This document shows positions 1 through 11,649 of a stretch of 64,000 nucleotides of DNA, piece after piece. Both the position numbers and the translations under genes were made by a program. Source of the stretch: Lama glama (Eukaryota). The notes under the pieces were generated by a model. It worked only from the letters and a program-made list of their open reading frames with translations. It was not told the DNA's origin and did no database searches. The stretch lies in the NCBI GenBank assembly GCA_028534125.1, contig CM052851.1:54126001-54190000 (forward strand), in the 5' to 3' direction. How positions within the stretch are numbered: position 1 is the stretch's first letter; each line of letters opens with the position of its first letter.

Positions 1-160
1 ACCAAGTAGTTAATGTTTCCATTTGGTGGTGGTTTTTAGCATCTGAAAAACTCAGGAAAGATGCAGATACTATTATCTGGGTACTTCAAAGAGGAGCTAC
101 AGCAGAGGATATGGGGGAGGGGGTCTCCGTGGGAAGGCCCCATAGGGTTCTGCTTGGTTA
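1..160 (-). mobile_element. Partial ERV1-class LTR, cut by window edge
   Basis: Ends ...gggaaggccccatagggttctgcttggttaca; the reverse complement TGTAACCAAGCAGAACCCTATGGGGCC resembles a laurasiatherian ERV1 LTR start. Confidence 0.6.
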
Positions 161-279
161 CAAGCATACTTGTTGGCACAAAGTGAAGTCCTCAGGAAAA
201 GAGCTTTCAGCAATTCTCAGGGACTGTATTTGAGCTTTTATTCTTCTGAACCCATAGTTACCTCGGTCGACTCAATTGT

Positions 280-400
280 TTCTTATTTATTCATTGAACA
301 AATGTTTATTCAAAACCTACCAGGCGGTTGCTGTGGTGCATTCACTGGTGATGCAGAGAAGCACAAGACACAGGGCACCCGGGCATGATGTGACTAGCAT
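280..400 (-). mobile_element. L2 3' end fragment
   Basis: ttattcattgaacaaatgtttatt...acctac, the typical antisense L2 tail. Confidence 0.6.
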
Positions 401-1344
401 TAGTTTAGCTCTTCCCAGTTTACAAACACATGCAGTACAGTGCTAACTCACCTCAAGGTGCTACATGCTGTTTTAGATACACACACGAGCTTGAAATGAT
501 TACACAGCAAGACCCAAGTTGGGGATGTCAGAAAATTGTGTACCACGACGTAAAACAAATGGGTTGTTTGCCTTCTTGAAGGACTAGTCGGTGTGGAAGT
601 TGTCTTGTGCCCTGCAGGGGAACCATGGTCTACAACCCCATGGGTGCCAAAGCATAGCCTGCTGGGCAGGCATAGAGAGAACCAGAGGAGAAGGGAGGCA
701 GGGAGGCACAGGCAGCTGCCCAGGCATTTAGCAGAAGGCACGCTGGGCAAGGGTGCCTTCCTTCTTCCATTCTCCCGGGTGCTCCCTGATTGCAGACTCT
801 GGAAGGTGTGCAGGCTGCAGTGTGAGCAGACGCCCAGAACTGCGCTTCTGTTGAGAGACTGTCTTTTTTTTTTTTTTTAATGTGTGTATCATCACATCAT
901 AGCAGTACCTGCCTTTTCAACTTTAAATAACTGATTCCCCTCTAATTTGAGGGCTTCTCCACTTAAGAGCATATGTTTAATCACTTTCGAAGAGTAACTA
1001 AAAAAGATAAAGAATGCACTAAACTGTGCTGTCAATTGGTAACCAATAAATCTCAACCAGGTGGTCAGCTTAGAGTTAAATCTGGCTTTCAAGCCTCCTT
1101 TGCAAATGCCTAGCACTTACTCCTGGGACCTCTTTCCCTCCTGTGGTAGATTTCAGAGAGATTCTTTAGCAACATTAAACAATAATAGCTGCCATTTATT
1201 GAAAACTGTGTGTCCTTCCTAATCCCTTCCTTCACTCTTTGCAATAGTGAAGATATGGGGGCTCACAGAACTGAAATAATGATTTATAATCCCCAAACTC
1301 TTAAGGACAGATTTTTGCAGTACAGGCTTGCTGCATACCAGCGA

Positions 1345-1475
1345 AGCCATATAAGCTTTCTGTGCCTCAGTTTCCACCTCTGTAAAATGGGGATAACAAT
1401 GCTTACCTGACAGGCTGTTGTGAAGATTCAGAGAGACGGTAGGTATAAGAGACTTGGCACATAGTAGGGCTCTGT
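1345..1475 (+). mobile_element. MIR SINE
   Basis: MIR core ctgtgcctcagtttccacctctgtaaaatggggataacaat...ggcacatagtagg. Confidence 0.85.
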
Positions 1476-1864
1476 ATGGGGAAGCAAGCAAGGCCACGCC
1501 AGCCTGACTGCTACACCTCATATGCCCCCTTTCCAAGTAGATGCTGTGGGTCTGGAATAGAGCCAGCTCTTGGGTGTGTGCATCAAACACACTTGTCTTT
1601 TTGATCATGCCCCTGCTGAGGTGATCGCTTTCAGCGAGAAAGGCAAGAGCCTTCCTTCTTTTTTCCAGTGCACCTGGATGAGCTGACTCACCAGCTGCCT
1701 GCAGTTTAGGGAGTTTCCTTCTCTCTAGCCAATTACTTCCCTAATTGCTCACTTCTCCATGACTGTGGGCTGGGAATCTGTGGTTACGAAGCTTCCTCCT
1801 CCTGGTCATCTTTTCAGCTGAAGAGGTGCTTCTGTTTTCGGTTGTTTGGAAGTCTCCATGCTGG

Positions 1865-2022
1865 CTACTTATTAGCATCACTGGAACAAATGAGCAATTA
1901 ATATCTGTCCATGTTTTGACAACTCCGACCTTGGAGATTCTGACTCAGCAGAGCCCTAAATTTTTATTTTGTAAAACTGTTTGCTCGTTGGTTTGGATGC
2001 ATAGCCTGGTTGAGAATCACTG
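1865..2022. mobile_element. MER5-type hAT-Charlie fragment
   Basis: agcatcactgg...gagattctgactcagcag...ttgagaatcactg terminus. Confidence 0.55.
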
Positions 2023-2189
2023 GGTGAGGAATCTGGTCGAAGGAGAATCAAATGTGTCTATTAGACGTCCTTTTCACGTCACTGTCACATGGCCATTTTA
2101 GTCCCACATGTCATGGCTATAAGGAGAGGTCTGAGCAGTGGCTGAACCCCATGCCACTCATGAGGTGATGAACTTTCATACAGGTTAGA

Positions 2190-2350
2190 CCACTGAATCC
2201 TATCTACCACCTGTGAAGGAGGCACTATTTTCTCCATTTCACTGGTGCAGAAACTAAGGCCCAGAGAGATGCTGTAACTTGCACAACTATTCAGCAGACC
2301 TAGGGTTCGTGACACAGGTTTCTCTGACTTCAAGCCCAGGGCTCTTTCTC
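2190..2350 (-). mobile_element. MIR SINE
   Basis: ccatttcactggtgcagaaactaaggcccagagag...ctgacttcaagccc. Confidence 0.75.
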
Positions 2351-3134
2351 TTATAGATCAGGGAGGTGAATCACAAGGATCCATTCATTTCACTGAGGTC
2401 ATGAGCTGGGTTAAAAAATCCCCAAAGTCATGCTTTAGGGCACTGCAGTGAGGATATTTTCATGGGTCAAGACCAACACCAGGCAAATCTGGGCAAGCCT
2501 TATGGAAGAGGCGGTTTCTGGAACGAGCTTTGAAAGGAGGTTACCATTTCAATTGGAGGAAAGGCAGTGGGTGTATGCTGCACGGGAAGTGAGGGGACCC
2601 AGCGTGGAAAAAGCCCTCAGCCCCCACGATTACTGCTTTTGAGAAGAGGAAAGAAAGAACATAGAGAACTCCTGAGAAGGGGTCAGGAGCTAGCTTGCCT
2701 TTGGAGATCATTTAAAAACCCCTCTTCACATAGGAAGCCCTTAAAAAGTATTCAAGTAACCACTCCCACTCTCCAGGTGACAAGCTTATGGAAATGACAT
2801 CTTCCATAGCAATATGACTATTAGAGCACAAAAATGCTTAATTAAATAGAATGACTAAATTTAATTCTCCCCTGTTGATATGCAGAGGGGTTTCTTCCCT
2901 TACATTCAGTAAAGTACTAGTCACATGGCAGGATGTAATTAAAAGCTAATCTTAAACTCCTTAAGAGAATCAGCTCAATCAAAAGAAAATCTATCCTGTG
3001 AATTGAATATATGTATTTCAGTCTCCCTCCAACAACAGGGGGAGGGGATATTCCTGCTTTGCACAAGATAGGGGATTTTCTAAAGCAAGACAGTAAAGTA
3101 TAATTTCCAAGATGACCAAACTGAAGTATCTCAG

Positions 3135-4700
3135 TGTATTCATTCATTTATTCATTCAGCAAACATTTCTGACTACCTGCTGTGTTCCAGGCTCTGTATG
3201 TTGGAGGAGGTCACTGAGGAGACATGACCACCAACTGACTAGAGAGATGGCCCCAGGAAATCAGAGGATCCTCACCCCATCCCTTAGTTTTGGAACGTAT
3301 GTTCCACCCACCATTCCCATAGCCAGAGCTGTTTCAAGGATGGAGCCCTGAGAGAGCAACGTGTTGCTGAGACCATCTGGATGGTGTACATGGCTGAACC
3401 CAGTTAAGGCCTCTCTATAAACTCTTAAGACTCTGGAGGGCAGGTGCAGAGATCTATTCATCTTGCAGCCATCCCAAGACAAGACTCTGCGTTAGTTCCC
3501 TTGCTTATTAACCTGCCACCTACCCATCTGGAGTGGTCTCCCTCTTTGTTTTGTCTCTCCTTATCTGTGCATGGGGACCAGTTTACCAACCAACAGTATG
3601 TAAATTATGGGGAAGAAAGAAACAGTCCTCCCCTGCTTTCACTGAACAGGAGGAGGCAAACAGAGGAGAGAGAAGTAAACAGCTTTACAAAATAGTGTGT
3701 TTATTTTGCTACAGTAGAGCTGTGTTTAGAGCGTAAGGGCGCACGGGGAAGGTTTGGTCAGGAAGGGGTCTTAGGGAGGACTGATGTAATTTAACTCAGC
3801 AGATAAACGTATGGTCAATGTGACTGCAGAGGTCTAGCATCAGAAGAGAGCATCAGGGCACCAATAACAACAGCAGCAATCACAACAGCAATGAAACCAC
3901 CACAGAACGCAGCTCAGGATGAAAGCGGCTTTGAACTTCAGTGGTGGTGAGGTGAGCATGGTGAGGTAAGACTGAGCTGGAGACAGAAGGTACGCTCTAA
4001 AGGGCTTAGCTTGCCTGGCTTATAAGCTTGAACTTCACCCTTAAAACAACGGGGACTTAGAGACGATCCAGGCATGGACACAATCGGCATTGTTTTTTGT
4101 TTGTTGGCTTGTTTTTAAACAAGAGTAATTTACTGGCTTTGCAGTTGACAAACATATAGCGGTAACTGTAAGGCATCAGATTAGAGATGAGAACCAAGGA
4201 TTTGACAATGTCAGGATGCTCCATTTCTCATCTGCTCATCTTTCCTTTTTGAGTATTGGCTTTAGCCTCGCCTAATGCGTACAGCCTCCCCCACAGGGCA
4301 GAAGACGTGAGAAGGAGCTTCATTTTTCAGCATCTATGTCACAGTTCTAGTGAAGGACTCTGGTTGGCATTGCTTGGACCAATCACTCTAGCCAGGGATG
4401 TGAGGTACTTGACAGCAGTGGATATTAAAAAGCTCATTCCAGAGGATGGACAGGAGACCAGCAAGACCAGAGACAGGGAGGAGAGAGGTGCTGAATCCTG
4501 AATTGATGCAGTGACAGAGGCAAGGGTGTGGAGGCACAAGGTCAAAGCTGTGACAAGGCAGAATTCACAGAGCCCGTGGACTGCATGAAGGGGCAGGGAA
4601 AGAGGAGGAAGCTGTGAGGAGTATATGATGTTGCCTCAGTTTTCTACTTGGTCAGCTGGGTGGATGGAGGTATTGTTTACTGAGATATGGGGGAGAAGCA
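3135..4700 (-). mobile_element. Scattered L2 fragments with a MaLR (MLT1-like) piece at ~4130-4440
   Basis: cattcatttattcattcagcaaacattt tail at 3141; further L2-like pieces at ~3680-3830, 3950-4100 and 4540-4700. Confidence 0.5.
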
Positions 4701-5409
4701 ATTTATCACGGTAAAGAAAAAAATCAATCTTTCTCTTTTACTTCCCATCATTACTTAAACCTTTTCTCTGATTTTTCTCAAAGGCAATAATTGTCACCTC
4801 TGATTTAAAAACTCATTTAATGAAAATTAAACTTCATTTATATTACTGACATGGGTTCTATCTTACTTATGTAGGTCTTCATAAGCAGATCAACAGATGT
4901 AGTAACCTTTGCATAATTAGGCTGGCAAAGGTGGCTGTGAGAATTCAGAGAGAAAGCATGTATAATACCTAATAAGGTAATTCAGGAAAGGCTGGGGTCC
5001 ACCCACTGATGTCAATGGGGATGCCAAAAATAATTTGCACTAAAACTAAACAGGTAGATCACTTTACAATTTTTTTTTCTTTTTTGAGAATTTTGTGTTT
5101 GTATGCTAAATGTAGTAAAACTGTACTTATTTTTGCTTGTAAATGAACATAATTCAGTTCAGACCTTTCACTAATTCTGACTACCCCCTCTGGGAGTTTG
5201 AGTCACTGGGACTCATTGAACTTGGATGTGAAACATTGAACAACAGCATTAGCTGCACATGTGGTCTTCACACACTGTCTTTCCACTGCCTCAAGTGCCC
5301 TTTACCATATTCCCTGCTGGACAAATTCTAACTTGTCCTTGAAGACTTCCCCTGGACAGAACTAATCACTATTTTCCTATGCTCTTCTGTTTTATTCATA
5401 CCTCTGCCA

Positions 5410-5640
5410 AGTGGTAGCCTATGGGTAAGAGCATGGCCTTGGACTTGACCTGTGTTCCAGGGCACTTCTGTGAAGTATTAGGCAAGTTACTTAACCCCTT
5501 GGAGCTTCAGCTTTCTTGGTATGCAGTGGGGTTAATAAATGTCCTCATAAGGTTATTATGAAGACTAGATACTATAATGTACCTGAAGTGCATAGCACAG
5601 TGCCTGGCACATAGTAAATACTCAATAAATGAATTAAATA
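5410..5640 (+). mobile_element. MIR SINE, near full length
   Basis: ggtaagagcatggcc...ggcaagttacttaacc...cagtgcctggcacatagtaaatactcaataaat. Confidence 0.85.
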
Positions 5641-6309
5641 ATAAACATATGCATAAAAGACTGGCCCAAGACAAAAGGCATCTACCTTTTGACCTGTTTG
5701 GTTACTGGATGGTGACAGTCGAAATCCTGACAGAGGAATGTCTTCATATTTATTGAGCAGTTTGAAGTGCCAAGGGGGTATACTGTTTTTCAGCACCGTA
5801 TTTGTATCTAGCTACAATGATAGCTGTACTTTTCAAAGGTGGAAAGACCAAGAGGTTAACGTACTTCATGGACTGTGCCAACGGGAATCCAGGAATTCAT
5901 CCCCCCACTTTCAGGGTGTGCCTGAGACTTGGCTTGGCTCATTCCTGTACCCTAGTCTCCTGGCCACTGCGGCTGTTACAGGGATGAGCAGGGACCCAAG
6001 CTGGACCCATCAAAGTCCTCCTCTCGAATCACAGGCAGAGGCTCTATCTCTCTGCTAGCAGATTATCAGCCAGTTCTCTCCTCTCACTGCTGCACAGAGC
6101 ACAGCTGTCTGCAGCAGACCTGAATGGGGTCAACACACAGGAGAAAACAGTTTTGACAGTGTTGTCCGACTTCCTCGAGTCCCTGAGGCCTCTTCTTCCC
6201 TTTTTCCGGAGGCCTCTGACTTCCTAGTTAGGTGACACTTTTTTTTAAAGCTTGAAATAGTTTGAGGTGGGCTTTTTGATTCAAGATCCAGTGGTTTGAG
6301 TAAATTGTT

Positions 6310-6465
6310 TATAATGCTCACCACTACCCTATGAGTTAGATATTATTCCTCTCTTCTTTTTAGATATAAAATCAGAGAGGTTGTATGAGAGTACAGAGCT
6401 TAACCAACTAATAAAGCTGGGTTTCAAATTCAGGTATGCCTGATTCCAAAACCTTTACTGCCTTG
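6310..6465 (-). mobile_element. MIR SINE
   Basis: accctatgagttag...gctgggtttcaaattcaggtatgcctgattccaaa. Confidence 0.6.
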
Positions 6466-7959
6466 ATTACTTCTGTTGACATGTGCCCTGATCCCTGTTC
6501 ATGACCTTCACCTTCTAAATGCCAGTCTGCAGATGGGCAGATGCTGTCATTTTCTTGGGCACCCTGTCCTCACAGTATTTTGTGATGCACAGTATCAAGA
6601 TTGCTCCTTTGTATATTCAGCTCCTACTTTTGTCTAATTCAAAATTATTTGCAGACTTTTCTATTTAAACTCCTCCTAACTCCCTTTCTAAGTAACTCAG
6701 GGACCGTGAAGAGCCTCCTCACCAGGCTGCCTCTGACCCACGCTGTGATGGGTCCATTAATCTCCCAGACTGTGAGGGCGGACGTGACTGCCCCAGATGG
6801 CATTTCTTAGGAGACAGTAGAGACAGCCAGAAGGACACACCTGGGATCTGAATGGCAGTGGTCTGTACAGGGTAAGAAGGTTTGGTCGGTCTAAGAGGAA
6901 AATCAAAGCGGCAGCTTTATTTAATTAGTTTCTTGGCTCATTATATCAAGAATGAATATATAATGGCCTTTGATTTCATAATTCATGAGGTAAGAGAGTT
7001 CATTGCCAACATAAAAGAAATTCTAGGGGCAGAGAGAAAGAGATCAAAGATAGAGTGTGTATCTTTGCCTACCTGTATGTTTTATATTCTTACTGATGAA
7101 TCAAATTACACACAATAGTGTTTATAGCTGGGCTCTTACTGATTGTAACTATCTACTATTTTCCTTTTCCATATTAAAGGCTACAAATTATAACAATACC
7201 CTTTAAGATTTTCATGTCAGTTTTATTCATGAGGTAGTTTTTTAAACAATTAAGGGTGAGCTAGAATTCTACCCTCAATCTGCAGCTGAAGGGATTCTGT
7301 GTCTGCTTATACATCTGCATTTTTCAGGATGGTTTGGGTTATAATTTTGGGTGAGGTCTCTTTATTCCAATAAACATGCTTTTAAGGCTTCTCAGGCCCT
7401 TCTCTGAACTAACTCTTACTCAACCTTGGTCTCACATACTTTGGGAAGTTTTAAACATCTTGGCACCAATGGCTCTACTTTCTGATGCTTAGCACACTTG
7501 CAATTTTTTTGTTCAATGTTGTCTTTCTGACTAGATTGCAAACACCATGCAGTGCCTAAGACAGGATCCTGCACATTTGTGTTTCTCAAACATTTGCTGA
7601 AAGAGGCAATAGGCTACAATCTGTATCATGTCATCAGGGTCTTCCAGGTAATTTGGGCTGTTTAGAAAGTGGGAAATAGGACATAGGGTGGCCTCACTTT
7701 TCCTCCATCCTGGTAAGTATCATTCATGCCAACTGCAGTGAGCCACTGCTCCTCATGGGAATCTGTCTTATTCCTCAGGAGTTTGGGGGCAGAAAGAGGG
7801 TTGTGAACCATTGTAAATCTGAATTTCTTTTCTAGTACTCATCTTACTGTATTATAGTTATGTATTTTAATATCTGCTTCCTCCATTGAACTGCAAGCTA
7901 CTAAGAGTTGGGGGTAATGTCTTACTCCTTGCCCAGCACACTTACTGGCAGCCCAGTTA

Positions 7960-8225
7960 TAACAGAAATTGCTAGTATTTATTGAGTGACGACTATGTGG
8001 CACACATTATACCAAACATTTCACATATATTAATTCGTTGTTCCTCACAACATCCTATGTGAGGTGGGCACTATTATTATGTCCATTTTAAAGTTAAGAA
8101 AACTGAGGGTAACAGGGATTTTAAGTCATTGCTGAAGACCATACTTACCAGACCATAAATGATAAGGCAGGAACTCAAACTCAGGCCGTACCACAACAAA
8201 GACCACGCTCTTAACCTGTACCATC
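7960..8225 (-). mobile_element. MIR SINE
   Basis: tatttattgagtg...cctcacaacatcctatgtgaggtgggcactattatt...gaaaactgagg. Confidence 0.85.
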
Positions 8226-9885
8226 TCTCAATATATGTTTAAATTAAATTTGAGATTAATAAGTCATCCCCGTCTGAGGTCTCAGACACATGCCATGTTA
8301 GACAAAGTAAGATGGATGAGAGAGACACAGCCCAGTGACAAGTCAAGGATGCATCAGCATGTTTTAGAATGTGAGCATCTCCAGGGGACGAGGGGAGGTA
8401 CCAACTTCCTCCTTGATGCAGGACTTCAAGCTCAAGTGGGGTACCTAGTGTTGGGGAAGCAGCGAGCACCTAGGAGGTGGTACTGGTGGTAGGGTGACAG
8501 TCTTAGGTTATATGTGGTCAGTTTATCATAGTGGCTAAGAGTAAGTATTGTGAAGGCAGAAGATAGGCTGACAGTACAGTGCCTGACACCCAGTAAATGT
8601 TCAATCCATGACAGTTATCCATTGCCACCATGGGAGACTTTTTTGAATATTCAGAGCAAATGCTGTCTATCCACAAAGATCAGGACACTAGTGCCTGCAC
8701 ATTCTCAGGGAGTGGGAGTTCTGCAGGGACAGGAACCCAACTGGAAGGGTTTATTTGTGTCTCAGAGGGAACTGCTCCCCTCTCCCCACACCTGGGACAA
8801 GAAGCTGCCGCACCTGGGGGGTATGTGCCGCACCCCTCCCCAGCCCCCGAAGGATTTGTCTGGTCGAGAGCTGAATCCTGCCCACGCTGCTTGGGGCTGT
8901 TTCTGCGAAGAAGTTATGTCTCTTTCCATTTCTCTTATCCATTAACCCACGCAAGGCTCTCTCTGGCTAATTGAATTCGCTAGAAGGCTGCCTTCTGTGA
9001 TTAGGCATCCTGCAGCCTGAGCTGAGAGGAAGAAGGGAACAGGCAGAGAGGCAAACGTCTTGGTGAGCGCAATTCAATCTGCTGCTAAATTTAATCTGTG
9101 TGTTTCTGGTTTCTGTTCTCATTCAACCACCTGCAGTGATAGGTTTAAAACGCTCCCGACACATCAGCAAGGTGGGCATTGTGCCAAGACCAAGGCTGCC
9201 GTTTTTGCTTCATTTTATATAAAACCCTAGTGAATATCACATACTGTTTTTCTTTTTCTCTCTCCATCTGCAACTCCAAATTGCTGAAGACAGGAATGTA
9301 GTATTTATCCCGAATGTGGCCTCCATCTCTAAAATAGGTTTTAGTAATACCAGCCACCCTCTATCCTGCCCCTGCCCCACAAATTTACCTCTGCCCAGAA
9401 AAAACTGGTAGGCCCTTGGCACTCTGAGTTTTACAGCCCTTATCTCACATTACAGCAAAGACATTAATCCATCGAAATCTTGCATGATATCAAATTTATT
9501 TAAAATTTCATGCAGTAAGTTATAGGTAAATCAAAGATGTTTTGACATACAATTAAGTGCATATTACTTTGGATTTTAAGTTTTCTTTTTGTATTTTGCA
9601 GCCAATGTATTTTCTTTGTCCGGTCTTACACCTCTTATTTAGGCCTCTTTAAAGCTCACAGGTCTCGAGTCCTGTGCTCAAGTATGGGCCAAAATGGGAG
9701 TTTAAGAGATGCAAATGTTTTATTATCTGTTTGCCATTTTGAACTTTCCTGAAGTAAAAGCAAAGAATGTTGCATGTGATGGCTTCAATGTACAGGCTTT
9801 GGCATCAAGCAGGTTTTCTCCTGTCTGCTCAGAGCCTCAGTTTCTGCCTTTGTTAAAATCTGAATGATGACAGTGCTTAGTCTAC

Positions 9886-10466
9886 TGTTGTTTGAATAGT
9901 ATCTGTCGTGGCTTGTAATGGGACAACTTGGCGAGGCTGGACTACATTTCCCAGAATCCCTTTTCCTGTATGTTTCCAGTTAGAGTGGACCCCAAGAGAG
10001 ATTCCAGTGGGAGATTTGCCAAGTGCAAGTGAAGCAGCAGGCATTCTGTGGTTCACACACATCGTCACTCACCGGCTGGCTCACCTGATTGGCAGGAAGT
10101 AGTACCCAGGGCTGCAATGACTCTACCCTCTGCTAGGTCTCCTTCAGCTTCTTTGACTCCCATGCCAGATGTGTCTGGTTAGCTTCAGGACAAGGCCCTG
10201 GCTTCTGCAAGACATTCACACCACCAAGATCAGAAACAAAAAAATTGACATGATTTTAGTCCATCCTTGTGGGTTCCAGTTCATTCTTTCTCTCCCCAAT
10301 TCTACATCCATCTTCTCTTCCTGATTGCCTCCCCAAGGACTTCATGCTCCAGCATCAGATGTGAAGGCACCCAGCTCTCATGACTGTGTAAGATCAAATC
10401 CCTGTAACAAGTCCCTGTCTTTACTTACAGTGGTTTCCTTTCTCAGACTGAGCTCTGCCTGGAACA
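9886..10466 (+). mobile_element. LTR33-like ERVL solo LTR inserted into a MIR (MIR halves ~9770-9880 and ~10470-10560)
   Basis: ggctggactacatttcccagaatcccttttcctgtatgtttccagttag signature; ends ...ggaaca; MIR sequence resumes after it. Confidence 0.7.
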
Positions 10467-11177
10467 GGTCTTCCTCACTGCAGTTGTTTGATTGGGATAA
10501 GGCTTGCAAAGTGCATAGAAGAGGACAGGGCATAGATTCAGCACTTGATAAACACCTCCATTACAATCCCCAAAGACGGACATTATTTCGTGAACACAAA
10601 TCTAAGTCCAGCACCTAACATAGAGCCTGGCACGTGGCAGATGCTCCACACAAACTTGTTGAATGTTTTTCATCACAAGAGAGAGAAACAGGACTATATG
10701 TGGCAACACATGGGAGTTGAGGGGGAGGTGGTGGAATCAGCTGAGTAATAAGACATCTATATTTAAGAACACCATATTAGAGAAGTGCAATTTCTCATTT
10801 CACGTTTATAGAATGATCACCTAGGGCAACATCATACACTCTAAATTTAAACACTTGGCAACGGTATTCCTTGGGACCAGTTTGCATGAACAGTTAGACT
10901 GATACCTAATAAGTGTGTGCAAATGAAAATAGATGTTTCTACGGCAGTTGAGAAGAAATCTATTCTCCTATGGGGTTTGCACCTCTGACAAGTCTCTCTT
11001 TATCTCCTCTCTCTGGTCTGGCTTCGTCTGTGTCCTGAGTGAGGGTTTCTTTTTCCTGTGTGACCCTCTAGACACCAGTGAGATTCACTTTTATCTTCTC
11101 CCACCCATGTTGTCATGGCCACTCTGGACTCTTGTCTTCAGTCTAGACTGCACCGCCTCTGAAAGCTTAACTCCAAT

Positions 11178-11612
11178 TGTCCAGGTGACGGCTGCATAAT
11201 AAACCACCCCACAAAACAACAATCATTTGTTTTCCTCATGAATCTGCAAGGTGCTCAGAGCTCACTAAGGGCAACTGGTCTTTGTTCCATGACATCTGGG
11301 GCCTCAGCTGGGTAATCTAGATAGCCGGGCCTGGGTGGTGGAGGGCTGGCCAGGCACCTCTTCCTGTAGTCCCAGCATGGTGGGTTCGGAGTAGCTGACT
11401 TACAAGGTTGCTCAGGACTCAGAGCAAGTGCTACAAGAGGTCTCGGTGGGAGCTACCAGGATTCTCATGACCCAGCCTATGAAGCCCAGATCATCACTTA
11501 TACCACATTCTATTGGTTAAGCTAATCACTACACCCAGCAGAAGGGAAATTAGACTTCACCTCTCAGTGGGGGTAACAGCAAAGAATCTGTGGCCCTCTT
11601 TAATCCATTACA
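11178..11612 (-). mobile_element. MaLR solo LTR (MLT1F/H-like)
   Basis: gctgcataataaaccacccc...ctcatgaatctgca...aagaatctgtggccctctttaatccattaca. Confidence 0.75.
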
Positions 11613-11649
11613 CCCAGTTTTTACTTCTCTGGCCACCAGCGCCTTTCCT

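Noticed and set aside
8141-8149. atacttacc matching the U1 snRNA 5' end
   Set aside because: Only 9 nt, inside a MIR, with no further U1 similarity
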